A stretch of DNA of 64,000 nt, from assembly GCA_965153285.1 (NCBI GenBank), contig OZ229113.1; one strand, given 5' to 3'. The position numbers and the translations under genes are program-made. Position 1 is the first letter of the stretch. Each line of letters starts with the position of its first letter. The notes beneath the pieces were generated by a model that saw nothing but the letters and a program-made list of their open reading frames with translations, was not told the origin of the DNA and did no database searches. This DNA is from Podarcis tiliguerta. Its lineage: Eukaryota. Of this stretch, positions 1 to 12,669 are shown piece after piece.

Positions 1-77
1 GCTAACAGGACCAATGGTCAGGGATGATGGGAATTGTAGGCTCAAAACATCTGGAGGGCCAAGTTTGCCTATGCCTG
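1..77. mobile_element. hAT-type palindromic MITE (right half, cut by window edge)
   Basis: Same sequence as the right half of the MITE at 15260-15395; ends gtttgcctatgcctg followed by ctctag. Confidence 0.8.
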
Positions 78-995
78 CTCTAGTGGGTTGCTGGAACTCT
101 TCCCAGGGCACATTCCTCACTGACCCTGCTCTGCCCAGCTTGAAATATTTTGCCTTGCTGGACTATGTCCCTGAATTGTGATGATATCTCTTGCTTGCCT
201 GAGACTGGAGAGAGGTGTGTGGCTAGAATGTAAGTCACATCTGTTGCTCTGCCTACTTTTGTGGCCCTCTGCTCTGCCTACAACAGATGCCTGACCCCTG
301 CCCTATTTGGGGCAACCAAATAGGGCTTAAATTGGGGGCTCTGAAACACTGTGGCAGTAGGGTGTCTTATTCCAAGGTGTTTTCCTTCTACCCAAACCTA
401 TTCGAAGGTGAAGTGCCTCTTTGTGTTTTTGTATCTGCTCTCGCAAGGCAATTCTCTAAATAAAAGATAGCAAAGCTCTATGTAACTTATGAGAAGATTT
501 TTTTTTAAAAAAAAAAACCTTGCTTCTGCCAAACTGTCCTAATAAATAGCCATGGCAGATGAAAGTTCAATTGCAGGTTCTATGGTTTGTGCAAATAGTA
601 ATGAGCCATAACTTACCGGATATTTTATAAGCTATTCAGGGGATGTGTGCACTCTAAAGTGATTTAACCCCTTAGGCAGAAATTTATGTTGCCATGTTTT
701 GACCTCTGTTCTCAACTTGGCCATCCTGCACCTTTCCTACTTACACAATCCCCCAGGAACAAGGAAAAAGGAGAATAGCAGCAATATATTGCACTGCTTT
801 TATGGAGTAGTATAAATATGACAGGGCAATAAGGCAGCAGCAGGAGCAATGGTGAGTGCTACAGGAATTTTTCAGCAGCTTGAACCAGCATGCTGCTTGT
901 TCCCACTAAACCATAGTTTGCTTTAAGCTATGGTTTAATGTGACATGCACACTGTATGCACCTCCACATCTCTGCCATCTCCCCTTAGTGGTGTG

Positions 996-1243
996 TGTTA
1001 AGTTGTGGGCGAACATAGCAGACGACACAGTGATTCTTCAAACAGCTCTTCTTTATTCAGCTGTCAGAACAGAACTAAGCTGAGGGGCTCAGCCAGCCTG
1101 CTTATATAGAGCTCCAGAACAATGTAACTGTTGCTATTTTCTAAAACTATCCAATCACTGAACGTCACTTTTCGATCCTTCATTTGCATAACTATCTACA
1201 GTATCCCCCTGTTGGCCCAGGGTGAGAACTTCAGTACATAACA
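996..1243 (-). mobile_element. Solo LTR (248 bp)
   Basis: TGTTA...TAACA termini. On minus: octamer (1182-1189), TGACGT (1162-1167), CCAAT (1151-1155), TATATAA (1102-1108), AATAAA (1052-1057) in U3-R order. TSD imperfect (gtgtg/ccgtg). Confidence 0.75.
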
Positions 1244-1354
1244 CCGTGCATGCACATACACACACAATCACAATCTCCACGTTCTGATAGCACCTCATTC
1301 AAGCACATGGGCCTGGTTTGCATATCACAGGAAGCTACATTTTTTGTTTACCAG

Positions 1355-1484
1355 CAGTAGCGGACTTCGGACTCTCAAATGACACCCCGTGCAGTACTTA
1401 AATTTGGTGCCCTCTGCCTCTCACATTCTACAGCATTGTTTTGATGCCCCCTGCTCCAGTTGCGCCACCGTAAACCCGCCTCTG
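1355..1484. mobile_element. Short hAT (Tip100-like) non-autonomous element
   Basis: cagtagcgg...ccgcctctg imperfect TIRs; ttaccag flanks both sides. Confidence 0.6.
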
Positions 1485-1719
1485 TTACCAGGACCATGGA
1501 GGCTCACAGTTGCTTTGCTCATTCCTGGGCCTTTTTGACTCCTGTGCCACATTGAGCTAAATCTGAAGGCACAATATACAAGTGAGAAAGTGGTGTGCCT
1601 ACATCCACATTAAACAAACAGATAGTACCTCCCTTCTTCTCACATGGGTGCTAAACTTCCCAGTCTGTGCAACTGTTTGCTTTGATGCTTTGTCACTGGA
1701 GATGAGAACCTTTGTCAGC

Positions 1720-1903
1720 TGGGAAAGGCTGTGGCTCAGCAGTAGCACATCTGCTTTATGTACAGAAGGTCCTAGGCTCCATCCCAATGTAGAGCTGGGA
1801 AAAGTTCCCTCTCTAAAACCCTGGAGAGCCTCTGCCAGTCACTGTAAACAATACAATTCTGAATTAGATGGACTGTCTGTGCAAGACACCTTCCTATATT
1901 CCT
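1720..1903 (+). mobile_element. Old tRNA-derived squamate SINE (Squam2/Anolis-SINE2-like); other copies ~4158-4317(-), 13860-14010(+), 42920-43080(-), 47945-48070(-), 61540-61700(-)
   Basis: Box A-like ggctcagcagtag and shared core aaaccctggagagcc.ctgccagtca...agatggac recur across the window; family name from recall. Confidence 0.7.
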
Positions 1904-2956
1904 CATGCTCATAAACCCACGTTCATCTCGGCCTCAATGAACAGAATCTTAGTGTAAATAGGGATGCACATCTCATTGTGGTGCCACATGTAGCGGACAC
2001 CTAGTTCTGCATAACTAACTTGAGCTGCTCAGCGATTTTTAATTCAGACTGCTTTTATCTTCTGTGTTTATATTGCCTTAAAAAAAACCCACCCCATATT
2101 TTATTCTGTTGCAGATTTTTAACAGTCCTAAGTCCCCATTCAACAGTTAAAGTTATTTCCAGTAGAAGTTACTATATAATATCTTCTTGCTGGCTCCTGT
2201 TATGAAAGTCAAGAGCATTACTCCAGCCCTGCTTAAGTATTTGTGAAAGTTGCAGGTCCAAACCCCCAACCCCCATCTACACCACTTCCATATGCTGATA
2301 AGGTGAGGTTTCCTACTACTGGCACTGAATTAATACTAGCAAAAGACATAGGAAAATCCAACTAAACATAAACTGCAGTTTAGACAAACGTCTTCTTTTT
2401 AATTTGCAGAGAGGTTGCTAGAAGCCATGTTCCAGGTTCATGACTTCAGATGTCCTCTAGACTTCAGTGGCCTTTGGGCAACCATATAAAAGAATGCAAC
2501 TTCAGAGTTCATGTGAAAAGCACTCTTTAAATCAAGCATTTCCCTAGGGCCACCCACATGACTCCAGAAGCAGCTGAACTGATTTTGCTCAGGCTTTTGA
2601 GGACGACCATTAAACCTTTGGCCTGAATGGAGCGTGGAAAGCTTCAGCCTCTAAAGAATGACACCAACAAAAATTATGAGCATCCTGAAAACAATAATCA
2701 CAGTGGAAGAAGTTCAAACTTTAGCTAGTTTTGCCCTTACCACACGCTTTGTAATTTAGGTTTTTATTTATCCTGGAGTTTGTTTGTTTTTGTACCTCCA
2801 GAAATCTGGCTTTCTTGAAGATGCTTTTTAAACCAATGTCTGCATTAAGGTTCATAGCATCTGACATGGGGATTGGAATTGTTCAATGCAACTTCATAAT
2901 CTCTAAATAAATAAATAAATAAATGTTAAAGTAATTAAAATTTAAAAAAAATAGTC

Positions 2957-3040
2957 GGGTAATACCTTTATTAAGGCCAGCTAAAATATCACGAAGTAGG
3001 GAGCAAACGTTTGAGTCTGCTCTTCTTCAAGCTGGGTGTT
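2957..3040 (-). mobile_element. Penelope-like element 3' end with degenerate hammerhead core
   Basis: Minus strand cagcTTGAAGAagagcagactcAAACgtttgc...tggccttAATAAAggtatt resembles squamate PLE termini as recalled. Confidence 0.55.
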
Positions 3041-5209
3041 GCTGAGCACAAAAAGGGCAGAGGGAGGAGCAGCTGTTTCTGGGCATGTGAAAAAGCCCCA
3101 CTAATCTGCTCTTTGTAAGACGGTGTGGAGGAGGTGTTATGCAGGCTTAATTAGGCAAGACCATACTGGGTGCAAAAAATCTTTAAAAGTCAATTAATTA
3201 AAATCATGCCAGAAAATTAATGAGCGAATCACCCTAACATTGTGCAGAGCAAGAAGAAGAATAAGAAGAAATGGTTAAGAGCCACAAAAAAACTAAAAGT
3301 GCTCTAAGTGTTTTACAGCATGTATTATCCCAGCCCAGGACGCTAGTCTAAGGTAAGCCAGGAACTAAGCTTGTAAAATTGGTCTGACCTCTTCAGCAGT
3401 TTCTTTTCCTGCAAAAATGGAATCTTACGGCTGCAAAATCACAGGGTAAGAGGGAACCTCAAGAACAATTCAACAGATTGGGAGGGGAAATATTCCCCCC
3501 CTGGCATTTTCTATTCTCTTCCCTTTCTAGATTAATCCAGATTTTTCCAGTAGCAAGAAGAAATTGGTAAGCCTGCTACTCTTTAAAATATTAAAGGAAA
3601 CCCATTGGCGGTGCAGAGTTGCAATGGCGGAGCAGGGGAAGGAGCATGCATCCACCAAAGGCACCCTTTTCTCCCTTTAGTTAAAACAATGGTACAGAGG
3701 GACTCGTGTCACTTTTCATTGATGACATCATGGGCACTCTAATCACACTGTCCCCTTCTTAGCCTGGAAAATAGTTTCAAAAGGAAAATTGAAATGTTTG
3801 GGGGGAAAATTGGGGGGGACTACCCAATAACAATGAAGAATTCAAATGTCATTTCAGCTCTTCTCTAGTATTGTACTTAAGAACTTAAGCAAATGTCCTG
3901 CTAGATCAGGCCAAAAGGTCCGTCTAGCCCAGCATGTTGGTCTCACAGTGACCAGCCTGATGCCTATCGAAAGCCCACAAGCAGAACCTAATTGTTGCAG
4001 TGCTTCCCACACAACGTATCTGCAAGATCAGAGGCAAAACAGCAAAGTAATCAGCAGAAGGATCTATGGCTGTGTGCATCTATATGGAATTAATAGGAAC
4101 AGATGAGGGCAAACATCTGGCTATTCACTGGCTGATCATCAGCAATAGGTTTCAATACGAACATAAGAAACTGCCTCACACTGAGTCAGACTGTTCGTTC
4201 CAATTGTTGACAGTGACAGGCAGCAGCTCTCTGGGAAGTCTATCCCAGTGCTTCCAGGAGATGCCCAAGTTTAAACCTGGGACCTTTTGCTTGCAAGGCA
4301 TGCTCCACCCCTGAGCCTTCTGCTCACTTACTTGCCCGATTCAATTCAGTCACATTTCATTCCAATAAATGGATTTCATAATTGAGCTTTGTATCTTAGT
4401 CCTAAATCCATTCCTTACAACTTAACTGCCTCGATGTTGCACCACTAGCGATACCAGCAGCCAAGTTCAGTAAGATTCCAAGAAGGAAAGTGCAGTTTCA
4501 CTTCAGCTAGCAATTAAAAATTTGTTTCCATCTATTACATCAAGCCTGGAGCCTACATAAAAAGACAGGCTAATCCTTCACAGCTTGGTAAAAACGATAC
4601 ATTGGTTTAAATACCCACCCAGATCACACTGCTATCAGATGGGAGCAGCCTCTTTCTACCTGACTGGTTTTGGATAGAGATGGACAAGTCTTCCCCAAGG
4701 CCTCCAGTCAAGGTTAAGCGACTTTAAATCTCTAAGGGTGACTCACTGATCCCTATTGCAAACCCAGTCACTTGTTCACTGAAAAGCATTCAGCTGAGCT
4801 CCATATGGCATCATCCAGCTGATCTGTGGAAGCAAGACCCAACCACAGCGTTCCCCTTGGTGTGGTGTAATCCTCCCACAAGTCCATACAGATCAGAGAG
4901 ATGACTATCAAAGAGGTTTGTAACTTCTCATACATCCTATCACAGTAGGGAAGTCATATTAAGAAAAGGGTGGGCTTTTGTTTTTAACAAAAACCATCCA
5001 GAGGAGATAGGCATTTCAGCACCATAGCAGGGAACCACAGCCTTCACAGATCTATTAAAAGGAAAGGAAAAGACGGGGCGTTAGCAGGGTAGAGGATGTG
5101 GCCTTGTTGCCACTTCTGTTGCTGAAAGAGCTAGCTGAGCTTTCTTCCCACTTGAGTAGGACTTCAAAAGAGTGCTAAGCGGATAGTTAATCAACTGATT
5201 AGCACACAT

Positions 5210-5213
<4 letters not shown>

Positions 5214-5255
<42 letters not shown>
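5214..5255. repeat. (GA)n microsatellite
   Basis: About 20 GA units. Confidence 0.95.
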
Positions 5256-5259
<4 letters not shown>

Positions 5260-5693
5260 AGAGAAAGAAGTTTTAAAAGGAACAGAAACACAGATGCCCT
5301 AAAAGAGAGTTGTGCTACTCATCATTACTTACATCATGGACACTGTCCACAACGTGCTAGTGACACTCATGCAACCACAGTCCACACACATTTTGGGCTT
5401 CCCACAGCCTTAATGGTTTCTGCCAGGCATCTGGTTGGCCACTATGAGAGTAGGATGCTGGACCAGATAGACCATTGGCCTGATCCAGCAGGTTCTTCTT
5501 ATGTACTTTATCAAGTGAAGTACTGGAGTGGAGAAGAGATTGAAACTCTCCCTGGCAACATTTTGCAGTTGAAGAGTTGAAAATGAGCCTTTTCCCTGCA
5601 ACAGAAGCTCTACCTTGAGAAATCATTTATGGATCCCATGAAGCAACGCCACACTGTGCACTGCAACAAAATCACCTGAAAAGGCCCCAAATT

Positions 5694-5833
5694 AGGGATG
5701 AGGAACCTGTGGCCCTCTAGATGTTGTCGGACTCCAACTTCCCTCAGCCCTAGCCAGAATGGCCAATGGTCAGGGCTGATGAGAGGCGGAGTCCAACAGC
5801 ATCTGGAGGAGGGCCATAGATGTCTTTCTCCTG
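5694..5833. mobile_element. Older copy of the palindromic hAT MITE family (others ~6727-6842, 11633-11750, 45420-45515, 56190-56280)
   Basis: ccctctagatgttg...ggtcagggctgatg...catctggagg inverted structure. Confidence 0.7.
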
Positions 5834-6365
5834 CCTTGGGTCAATTTCCCAACAGAGCTTTACTGGAAGAATGAGAAGCCACCAGCTGCGTTCAATAAAT
5901 GCTGATTACATGCCCAAAAGTGCAGCGATGATGCCTTTGTGAAGAAATGTTTCCAATGACAAGAAGTGCATCAGATGCTGGGGGAGTTTCCAGTGTTTAC
6001 AGAGGACAGCGTTCATGTGCGTAATGTCTCTGTAACAGAGATTGTAGTCGTATGCCATTATCCCCGTGAAATGCAAATATGGTTTGTGCTTGTACCTGGA
6101 GGAATCACATTACAGGACCAAAGAAAAATTAAACCCAAGAATGTGAATAGTAGGATTTGAGGGCAAGGATTGTACCATTCAAAGACTGGGTAGTTCATGT
6201 ACGGTAACTGTGTACATTGGAACTAGGATGAGCAGCTGGTTGTGGTCTAGGGGCTGCACTCAGACCCCAAGGCTATTTTGTTTGGCTCTTGATGATGCCA
6301 TAGAAAGTGTTGCAACCAGTAGAAATTCCACATTTTAAATATTATACCTTTCTTAGCATGTAATA

Positions 6366-6473
6366 TTTAGGGAAGCTTTTAATGTTTGATGTATCACAGT
6401 ATTTTAATATTCTTTTGGAAGCCGCCCAGAGTGGCTGGGGAAACCCAGCCAGATGGGCGGGGTATAAATAATA

Positions 6474-6507
<34 letters not shown>

Positions 6508-6508
6508 T
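6366..6508 (+). mobile_element. Young L2-clade LINE 3' end with (ATT)n tail
   Basis: tttagggaagcttttaatg...gccgcccagagtggctggggaaacccagccagatgggcggggtataaat(att)n; near-identical to the 10203 and 55506 copies. Confidence 0.85.
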
Positions 6509-7044
6509 ATAAATGGGCATATCTGCAAGTGATGCTGTGTCTGGCTACTTGTGCTGCATAACTGAAATCATTAGTATTAGGTGGAACCTATTTTATTATG
6601 GAGCGGACCAAATCCACCCACATTCAGCCCCCAAACCGCTGTCTGGAGAAGAGAGTGGCCTCTGAGAATGCAGAAATTAACCATCTTGACCATACTTGCC
6701 CTAGATGTTCAGGCATTCCCATTAATGGAGGCACAAAAGACCTGGGGCTCTCCAGATGTTGCTGCACTCAGACTCCCATCAGCCCTGGCCATTGGATAGG
6801 CTGGCTGGGGCTGATAGGCACTGGAGAGCCATAGATTCCCTGCCTCTGTGTTAGCAGCTTGCATTTCCATTCTCCCCCATTTGAGATAGAAAGATGCTTC
6901 AGACATCACTTATGCAAAAGATGTACAGAATCCCTCTCTTTGCCATATGGCTGTTTTGAAGGAAAAGGTAGAATATGGTTATTTTAATAGACACTTTTCT
7001 TTTTCCTTTTATTATGGGATGGAACAGATGCTTGGTGTTGTGAT

Positions 7045-7252
7045 TCATAGAATGGTAGAATTGGAAGAGGCTCTAAGGATCACCTATTCCAACCCCCTGC
7101 AATGCCAAAATCTCAACTAAAGCGTCCATGAGAGATGGCCATCCAACCTCTGCTTAAAAATCTCCCACGAGGGAGAGTTTGCCACCTTCCGAGGAGTCCA
7201 TTCCACTGTCAAACAGCTGTTACCATCATAAAGTTCTTCCTGGTGTTTAATC
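7045..7252 (-). mobile_element. CR1 LINE 3' fragment
   Basis: Encodes SPSWEIFKQRLDGHL (CR1 ORF2 end) and has an attctatg-type tail. Confidence 0.85.
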
Positions 7253-7279
7253 ATAAAGAGGGAATAACAAAGGAGCATG

Positions 7280-7636
7280 ACGTGAGTGGTGCTGTGGTAT
7301 AAACCACAGAGCCTAGGGCTTGCCAATCGGAAGGTCAGCAGTTTGAATCTCTGCAACGGGGTGAGCTCCCGTTGTTCAGTCCCAGTTCCTGCCCACCTAG
7401 CAGTTCGAAAGCACGTCAAGTGCGAGTAGATAAATACCGCTCTGGCGGGAAGGTAAATAGTGTTTCCGTGCACTGCTCTGGTTCGCCAGAAGCGGCTTAG
7501 TCATGCTGGCCACATGACCCGGAAGCTGTCTGCGGACAAACGCCAGCTCCCTCAGCTTATAGAGCGAAATGAGCGCGCAACCCCAGAGTTGTCTGTAACT
7601 GGATCTAACGGTCAGGGGTACCTTTACCTTTAATTT
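7280..7636 (+). mobile_element. Full-length Sauria SINE
   Basis: tRNA-like head, central ccacatgacccggaag, tail ggggtacctttaccttta; 15-bp TSD taacaaaggagc(a/g)tg at 7265-7279 and 7637-7651. Confidence 0.92.
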
Positions 7637-7665
7637 TAACAAAGGAGCGTGTCAGTGGGTATATT

Positions 7666-7800
7666 GGCTGGATAGCTCAGTCGGTAGAGCATGAGACTCT
7701 TAATTCCAGGGTCGTGGGTTCAAGCCCCATGTTGGATGAAAAATTCCTGCATTGCAGGGGTTGGACTAGATGACCCTCATGGCCCAACTCTATAATCTGT
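7666..7800 (+). mobile_element. SINE with tRNA-Lys(CTT) head and CR1 3' tail (not a functional tRNA gene)
   Basis: gatagctcagtcggtagagcatgagactcttaat...ggtcgtgggttcaagcccca, then attcctgcattgcaggggttggactagatgaccctc; anticodon and acceptor stems mismatched. Confidence 0.85.
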
Positions 7801-8373
7801 GGTTGTAGTTTGGAAGTGCTTTGTCACCTGCAAACCTGCAACCAAGATTCCTGTGAATCAGTCCTGTAGCTCTCATCCATTTTTCCCATTCACAAGCAAG
7901 CAATTGCCATTTGAACCATGAGTTATAGAGGCTTACAACTGCAGAGCAAACCCTGCAGCCATATGCATCATTGCTCCTGCTTCACTGTTAAACATTGCTT
8001 TGGCGCCCTCTGTACATTTGGTGCTGAAATGCTTGCTGAAGACTGAAAAGCCGAAGCAGCTTTCGCCAGATGTACGTATAGGGCAAGTCAGCTCAGTAAT
8101 ACACAGTATGCAGCTACCATCTAGCGGCACTGAAGAACATCTGCTGTACTGAAGCTAAAATGCAGAGCCTCAATGGCACAGTCTTTATGCCGTCCATGAA
8201 TGCAGCATCCAGAATGGCTCTTAAGCCACAGGATGCTGCTACTGACAAAGTACAGGGCATAGCCCTCAAGTGACAGAATGTTACTTCTGCCAAATAAGAG
8301 ACCCATAAGAAGAATTCAGATGAAATGCTGGCTGTGTGTGGAAAATTTAACTTGCCCAGGAGCCCCATGCATC

Positions 8374-8572
8374 AGGGCCAGCCCACCAATGAGGCAAGGT
8401 GAGGCGAATGCCTCAGGCGGCAGGATCCACAGGAGCAGCAGATCCTGATGTAGACCTTTACTTCTCCCCTCGTTCCTGGTTTAGATCTTCACTTATCCCT
8501 TTTTCCCTGGTGGGGAAGGGAGACGCCATCTTGTGGTTCACCTCAGAAGCTGAAATGTATTGAGCCAGCTCT
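8374..8572. mobile_element. Non-autonomous DNA transposon (hAT-like, cagggccagc...gccagctctg ends)
   Basis: Imperfect terminal inverted repeats and internal gaggc/gcctc repeats. Confidence 0.5.
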
Positions 8573-8609
8573 GGTAGGCATCATTTTGAGAAAGGTCCTT
8601 ATCCCACTT

Positions 8610-8747
8610 CATAGAATTGGGAAGGACCCTCATGAACATCTAGTCCAACCCCTTGCAATGCAGGAATATACAGCTGTCCCATACAGGGATTGAAACTGCA
8701 AGCTTGGCTTTATCAGCACCATGCTCTAACCAACTGAGTTATCCAGG
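8610..8747 (-). mobile_element. SINE with tRNA-Ile-like head (anticodon reads GAT) and the same CR1 tail
   Basis: Minus: gataactcagttggttagagcatggtgctGATaaagccaag...caatccctgtatgg, then attcctgcattgcaaggggttggactagatg. Confidence 0.82.
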
Positions 8748-10202
8748 ACTTGTGAGCGGCATCTGCCTGGGACCTGGCAAGCAGGCATTGCATACCCATG
8801 AGCCGGCATGTGAGGGAAGAAGGTCCTTTGAAATATGATGTTGGATGTGTGAAGCTTCTGCATGGATTGCAGTGTTTGAAGAAGAGTACTGGGTATCCAA
8901 ACATTTCCAAATATAAGTTAAGAGCCACCTCATGAGCACAATTTGGATGGCCCATCTACAATTAAATACAGAAATGCAAAAAGGACTTAGGGCTAGCAAG
9001 TGGAAGAGATTATTTCCTCCCAAATGTCCCACTGGAAGGAAAATATTCCTCCCTGCAACAGTCCCTGTCTGGACCAGCAATCCTCCCCAAAACTTCTATT
9101 AAACATATCTATGGAGAAACCTATTTACAGTTATCCTTTACATTAAATCAGCTGCTTTCCTAGGTTTCGGATTTAAATAGGAAAGTTAGGTGTTTTAAAT
9201 GTGTAGGACATCCAGCTGTTCAGCAATGAGTTGAAAGTATAAAGGAATGCTTGGCTCTGTCCACAACAACCCCACTCAATTCTTGCTATTAAAGAGGTAC
9301 TTTATAAAAGAGTTGTCTGATGGGCCATATTCTTCCAAGTTTAATTTCAAGCTTTAGCTTCATTTCATGCTTCTTTCTGTTGCTTCCTTGTCCAAAGAGT
9401 ACATGCATCATGCATTCAGGCAGGTCAATTAAGGGGAAAAACAGGAGAGAGGGAAGAGAACCAAACAAAACCCTTTTTGAAATTTGAGCTACCAACTTGC
9501 AACTTTTAAATGTACATGTGACATTAGAGGGCTTGCAACCTATTTTTGCCAGTTTCGGTGGATTAGTAGGATCGCACCCAAAGTTTTCCAAAAATGTCAG
9601 ACAGTTTACCACAGCAATTAAACTGTCTACCATCTGCAAAAGATTTAGCCAAGAGGTTTCTTAATTCTCCCCCAGCCTCCCACCAGAATATATTTGATTT
9701 AAGCTTTTCAGCAATTTTCCCTCCCATTGAAATCCAAAAGGCGTTTGGTATTGCAAAGTGTTTCGAAGGAAACCTCTTTCCCTTCTCCAGAATTAATTGT
9801 GCATTGACATAATATGAATCATATGTGCTTACAGATGATATTATTTAGATGACAGTGAAATGCCCAAAATCTGATTAATGTCAGCATTCATATTTGATTT
9901 ATTTTGTGAATGTTGGCTCTCAAGATACTGTATATTGCAAATGCTGACAATCTGATGCACCTCTGAGAATCAAATTAGACAAGATACCATTTGTTCTACT
10001 ACCAATTGTGCAAATGTCTTTTAAAAACTAAATTTCAGGTACGCACACAATCTGGATCTGGACCCTGGTATAGATGATATATACTTCCACAACCTTTACC
10101 GGAATCAAGCCCTTGCTATTTGCAGGGTATGTGCTCCCAATATCTCCAATAGCAACTTTGCTCCGAATGCAAATAGCAGACATGCACCTCTCAATTTGGA
10201 CT

Positions 10203-10418
10203 GAGAGGGCAAAGAGTTCTCGGTAGTGGCGCCTGCCCTGTGGAACACCCTCCCATCAGATGTCAAAGAAATAAACAACTATCTGGCATTTAGAAGACAT
10301 CTGAAGGAAGCCCTGTTTAGGGAAGTTTTTAATGACTGATGTTTTAATGTATTTTTAATCTCTTGTTGGAAGCTGCCCAGAGTGGCTGGGGAAACCCAGC
10401 CAGATGGGCGGGGTATAA

Positions 10419-10462
<44 letters not shown>

Positions 10463-10474
10463 TACTACTACTAT
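10203..10474 (+). mobile_element. Young L2-clade LINE 3' end with (ATT)n/(ACT)n tail
   Basis: Encodes APALWNTLPSDVKEINNYLAFRRHLKEALFREVFN, the L2 ORF2 C-terminal motif. Confidence 0.88.
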
Positions 10475-10668
10475 TCAAGCCCCCAACTCCTACACCAGGG
10501 TCTCACTCTGGATTGGACCGTGTCCCTGAAATTTACTTCTTAAAAGCTGCTCACTCGGTTGCTGGTTGTGCAAATGGTGTCTCATCTAGTTTGACACTTT
10601 GAGTTTGCGGATATTCACAAGATTTGTCTGTAAACGCTTTCTACACTTTGGCCATTCACAGTCACACT

Positions 10669-10681
10669 AACACACACACAT

Positions 10682-10711
<30 letters not shown>
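10669..10711. repeat. Compound (CA)n(GA)n microsatellite
   Basis: Seen directly. Confidence 0.9.
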
Positions 10712-10712
<1 letters not shown>

Positions 10713-12669
10713 CCCCTCTGCCCTTCCCTTACTCTTATTCTTTTTTTCATTCTTGGGAGATATTGCTCCCATTCTGGAGTACAAAAACATGTCTGAGGAA
10801 ATACAGCCTGGTCTTGGAGATTAGCACTGCTGGTTCTCCTCCCAAAAGGTTTGCTATTTTCAGAAACATTAGCCCTGGCGTGAATTTAATGGGTCCACTA
10901 CACTATGTTTAAAGGCTCCCTAAAAGAACACAAGGATAACTCAACCGACAATAGTGGAGTATATAAAGCGTGTCTGGGGAAACATTGCATTTTCTTGGCC
11001 AACTTTAGAACGCTACGTAGCCGAGCTAAAACTGACATGAGTGAAGGGTATTCTTTACTGCTACCGCCCATGTGGGTTGCAAGTCTGCTGATTCTTTCCA
11101 GTTGCCTGTCTCAGACGAGTGTTATTTTTCACTCCTCTTGATGGAAACTATTCCAAACGGCACTAGAGCTATAATTTTAACTCTCTTCTGTAAACACAAA
11201 TTGCATATGACAAATAATCGTGCTGCCTACGTTCAAGGGCCTCTTTTCTCCTAAGTGTTTATGCGCTTCATCATTAGGAAGGATCAGGCCATACCAGCGG
11301 GAATCTCAACATGGGAGTAGATGCCCTTGGCAAACCAAATTGCCCTCACCAAGGGCCATGACATGCAGTGCAACTGCATTATCTGTAAGCATTGGCTGCC
11401 TTGATATTTCAGAGTTCGCTGTGAATGGTCAGAAATTGTGTTTAATCTAAAGGACTGGCACAAAGTGCCCCAATTCCCTGAGCTAACATTGCTCCATGAA
11501 TTGCACCTTTGTTGATCTCCTTTAACCTCTTTCTCCTGTGTCAGTGTAGTGTAGTGCCAGTGACAGAGAGTGCAGACAGAATAAGGGGACAGGTTTGCCT
11601 GTGACATCCCATCAGTTGAAGTACATTTAGTTCAGGGCTAGACAATGGGGTGCCCTCAAGATGCTCTTGGACCACAACTCCCACATCCCCAACTATTGGC
11701 CATGTAAACTGAGGCTGGTGAGAGTTGTAGTTCAGCAACATTTGGACGTAGGTAATTGAATGTGTATGTCTACCACCTCCAGCTGGATCAAGGAGAGCAT
11801 TGTTCTGGTGCATCAAAGCACCATAACAGCAGAGGGGCAGCAGCTTGAGCCGTGATCAAGGGGAGGTTTCCCATTGTAGATTTGTGCTGGGCACCCACTT
11901 GGACCTCGGCTCACACACTGTAAAAGCCATAAAATAGATGCCTTCTCCTCAACTTAGAGAGGGTCCTTTCTTGATTGCTTCTGGTTTACAGAAGTCCACC
12001 CTTCCATATATCCCAGCATTGTTAAAATGAGATCTCAAAGAGCCTGGGGACGGGGATATCTACCTTCTCAAAATTTACCCATGCTTACTCCACGGAACCC
12101 CAGGATTTGTGTTTCTCCTGAAAGGCTCACACTCCCAGCTTTACACGGAGATACAGGAAGACAAGTTGAAGGGGAACCCCCATAAGATAAGGAATGTAAA
12201 GCATTTTTTCACCATTAAAATAAGAATACATAACAGTTGAATAGGAATAACAATAGTCTTCTCCCTCAAATCCTGTGCTGTCGGTGGCAATTCCCCAAGT
12301 AGGTGTGCTATGTAGAAGCATATTGGTGTTTTGCCAGTTTGTACTTCTGAATTTTGTCAGTAATGTCATTGCTACTATTACTCTGGGTGTATTAACATTT
12401 CAATACACTGCACAGTTTATTTCAACAGTTAATTGCATGTTTTATAGGCCCTTAGTGATCCTTGAATGAAGAATACCAAGCCAAAATTTTTATTACTGCT
12501 CTTTCAGGAGAGAGCTAGAGAAAGAGCACTGTATTTGGAACTGCTTGCAAGACTAATGTTTGAGAGCCAATTCAAATGTTCAGAAAAAGCATGTGGATGA
12601 TGGTGTCACTTCATAATGTAGGTGGTGGTTTGTCTGGCACAATATATTCCCTGCATTTGGAAATTAAAG

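Noticed and set aside
7666-7738. Functional tRNA-Lys(CTT) gene
   Set aside because: Anticodon and acceptor stems are mismatched and the sequence runs directly into a CR1 tail with no T-run terminator, so it is a SINE
10363-10602. Poly-Leu ORF resembling a signal peptide (also 32021-32269)
   Set aside because: Translation of (ATT)n L2 tail microsatellites
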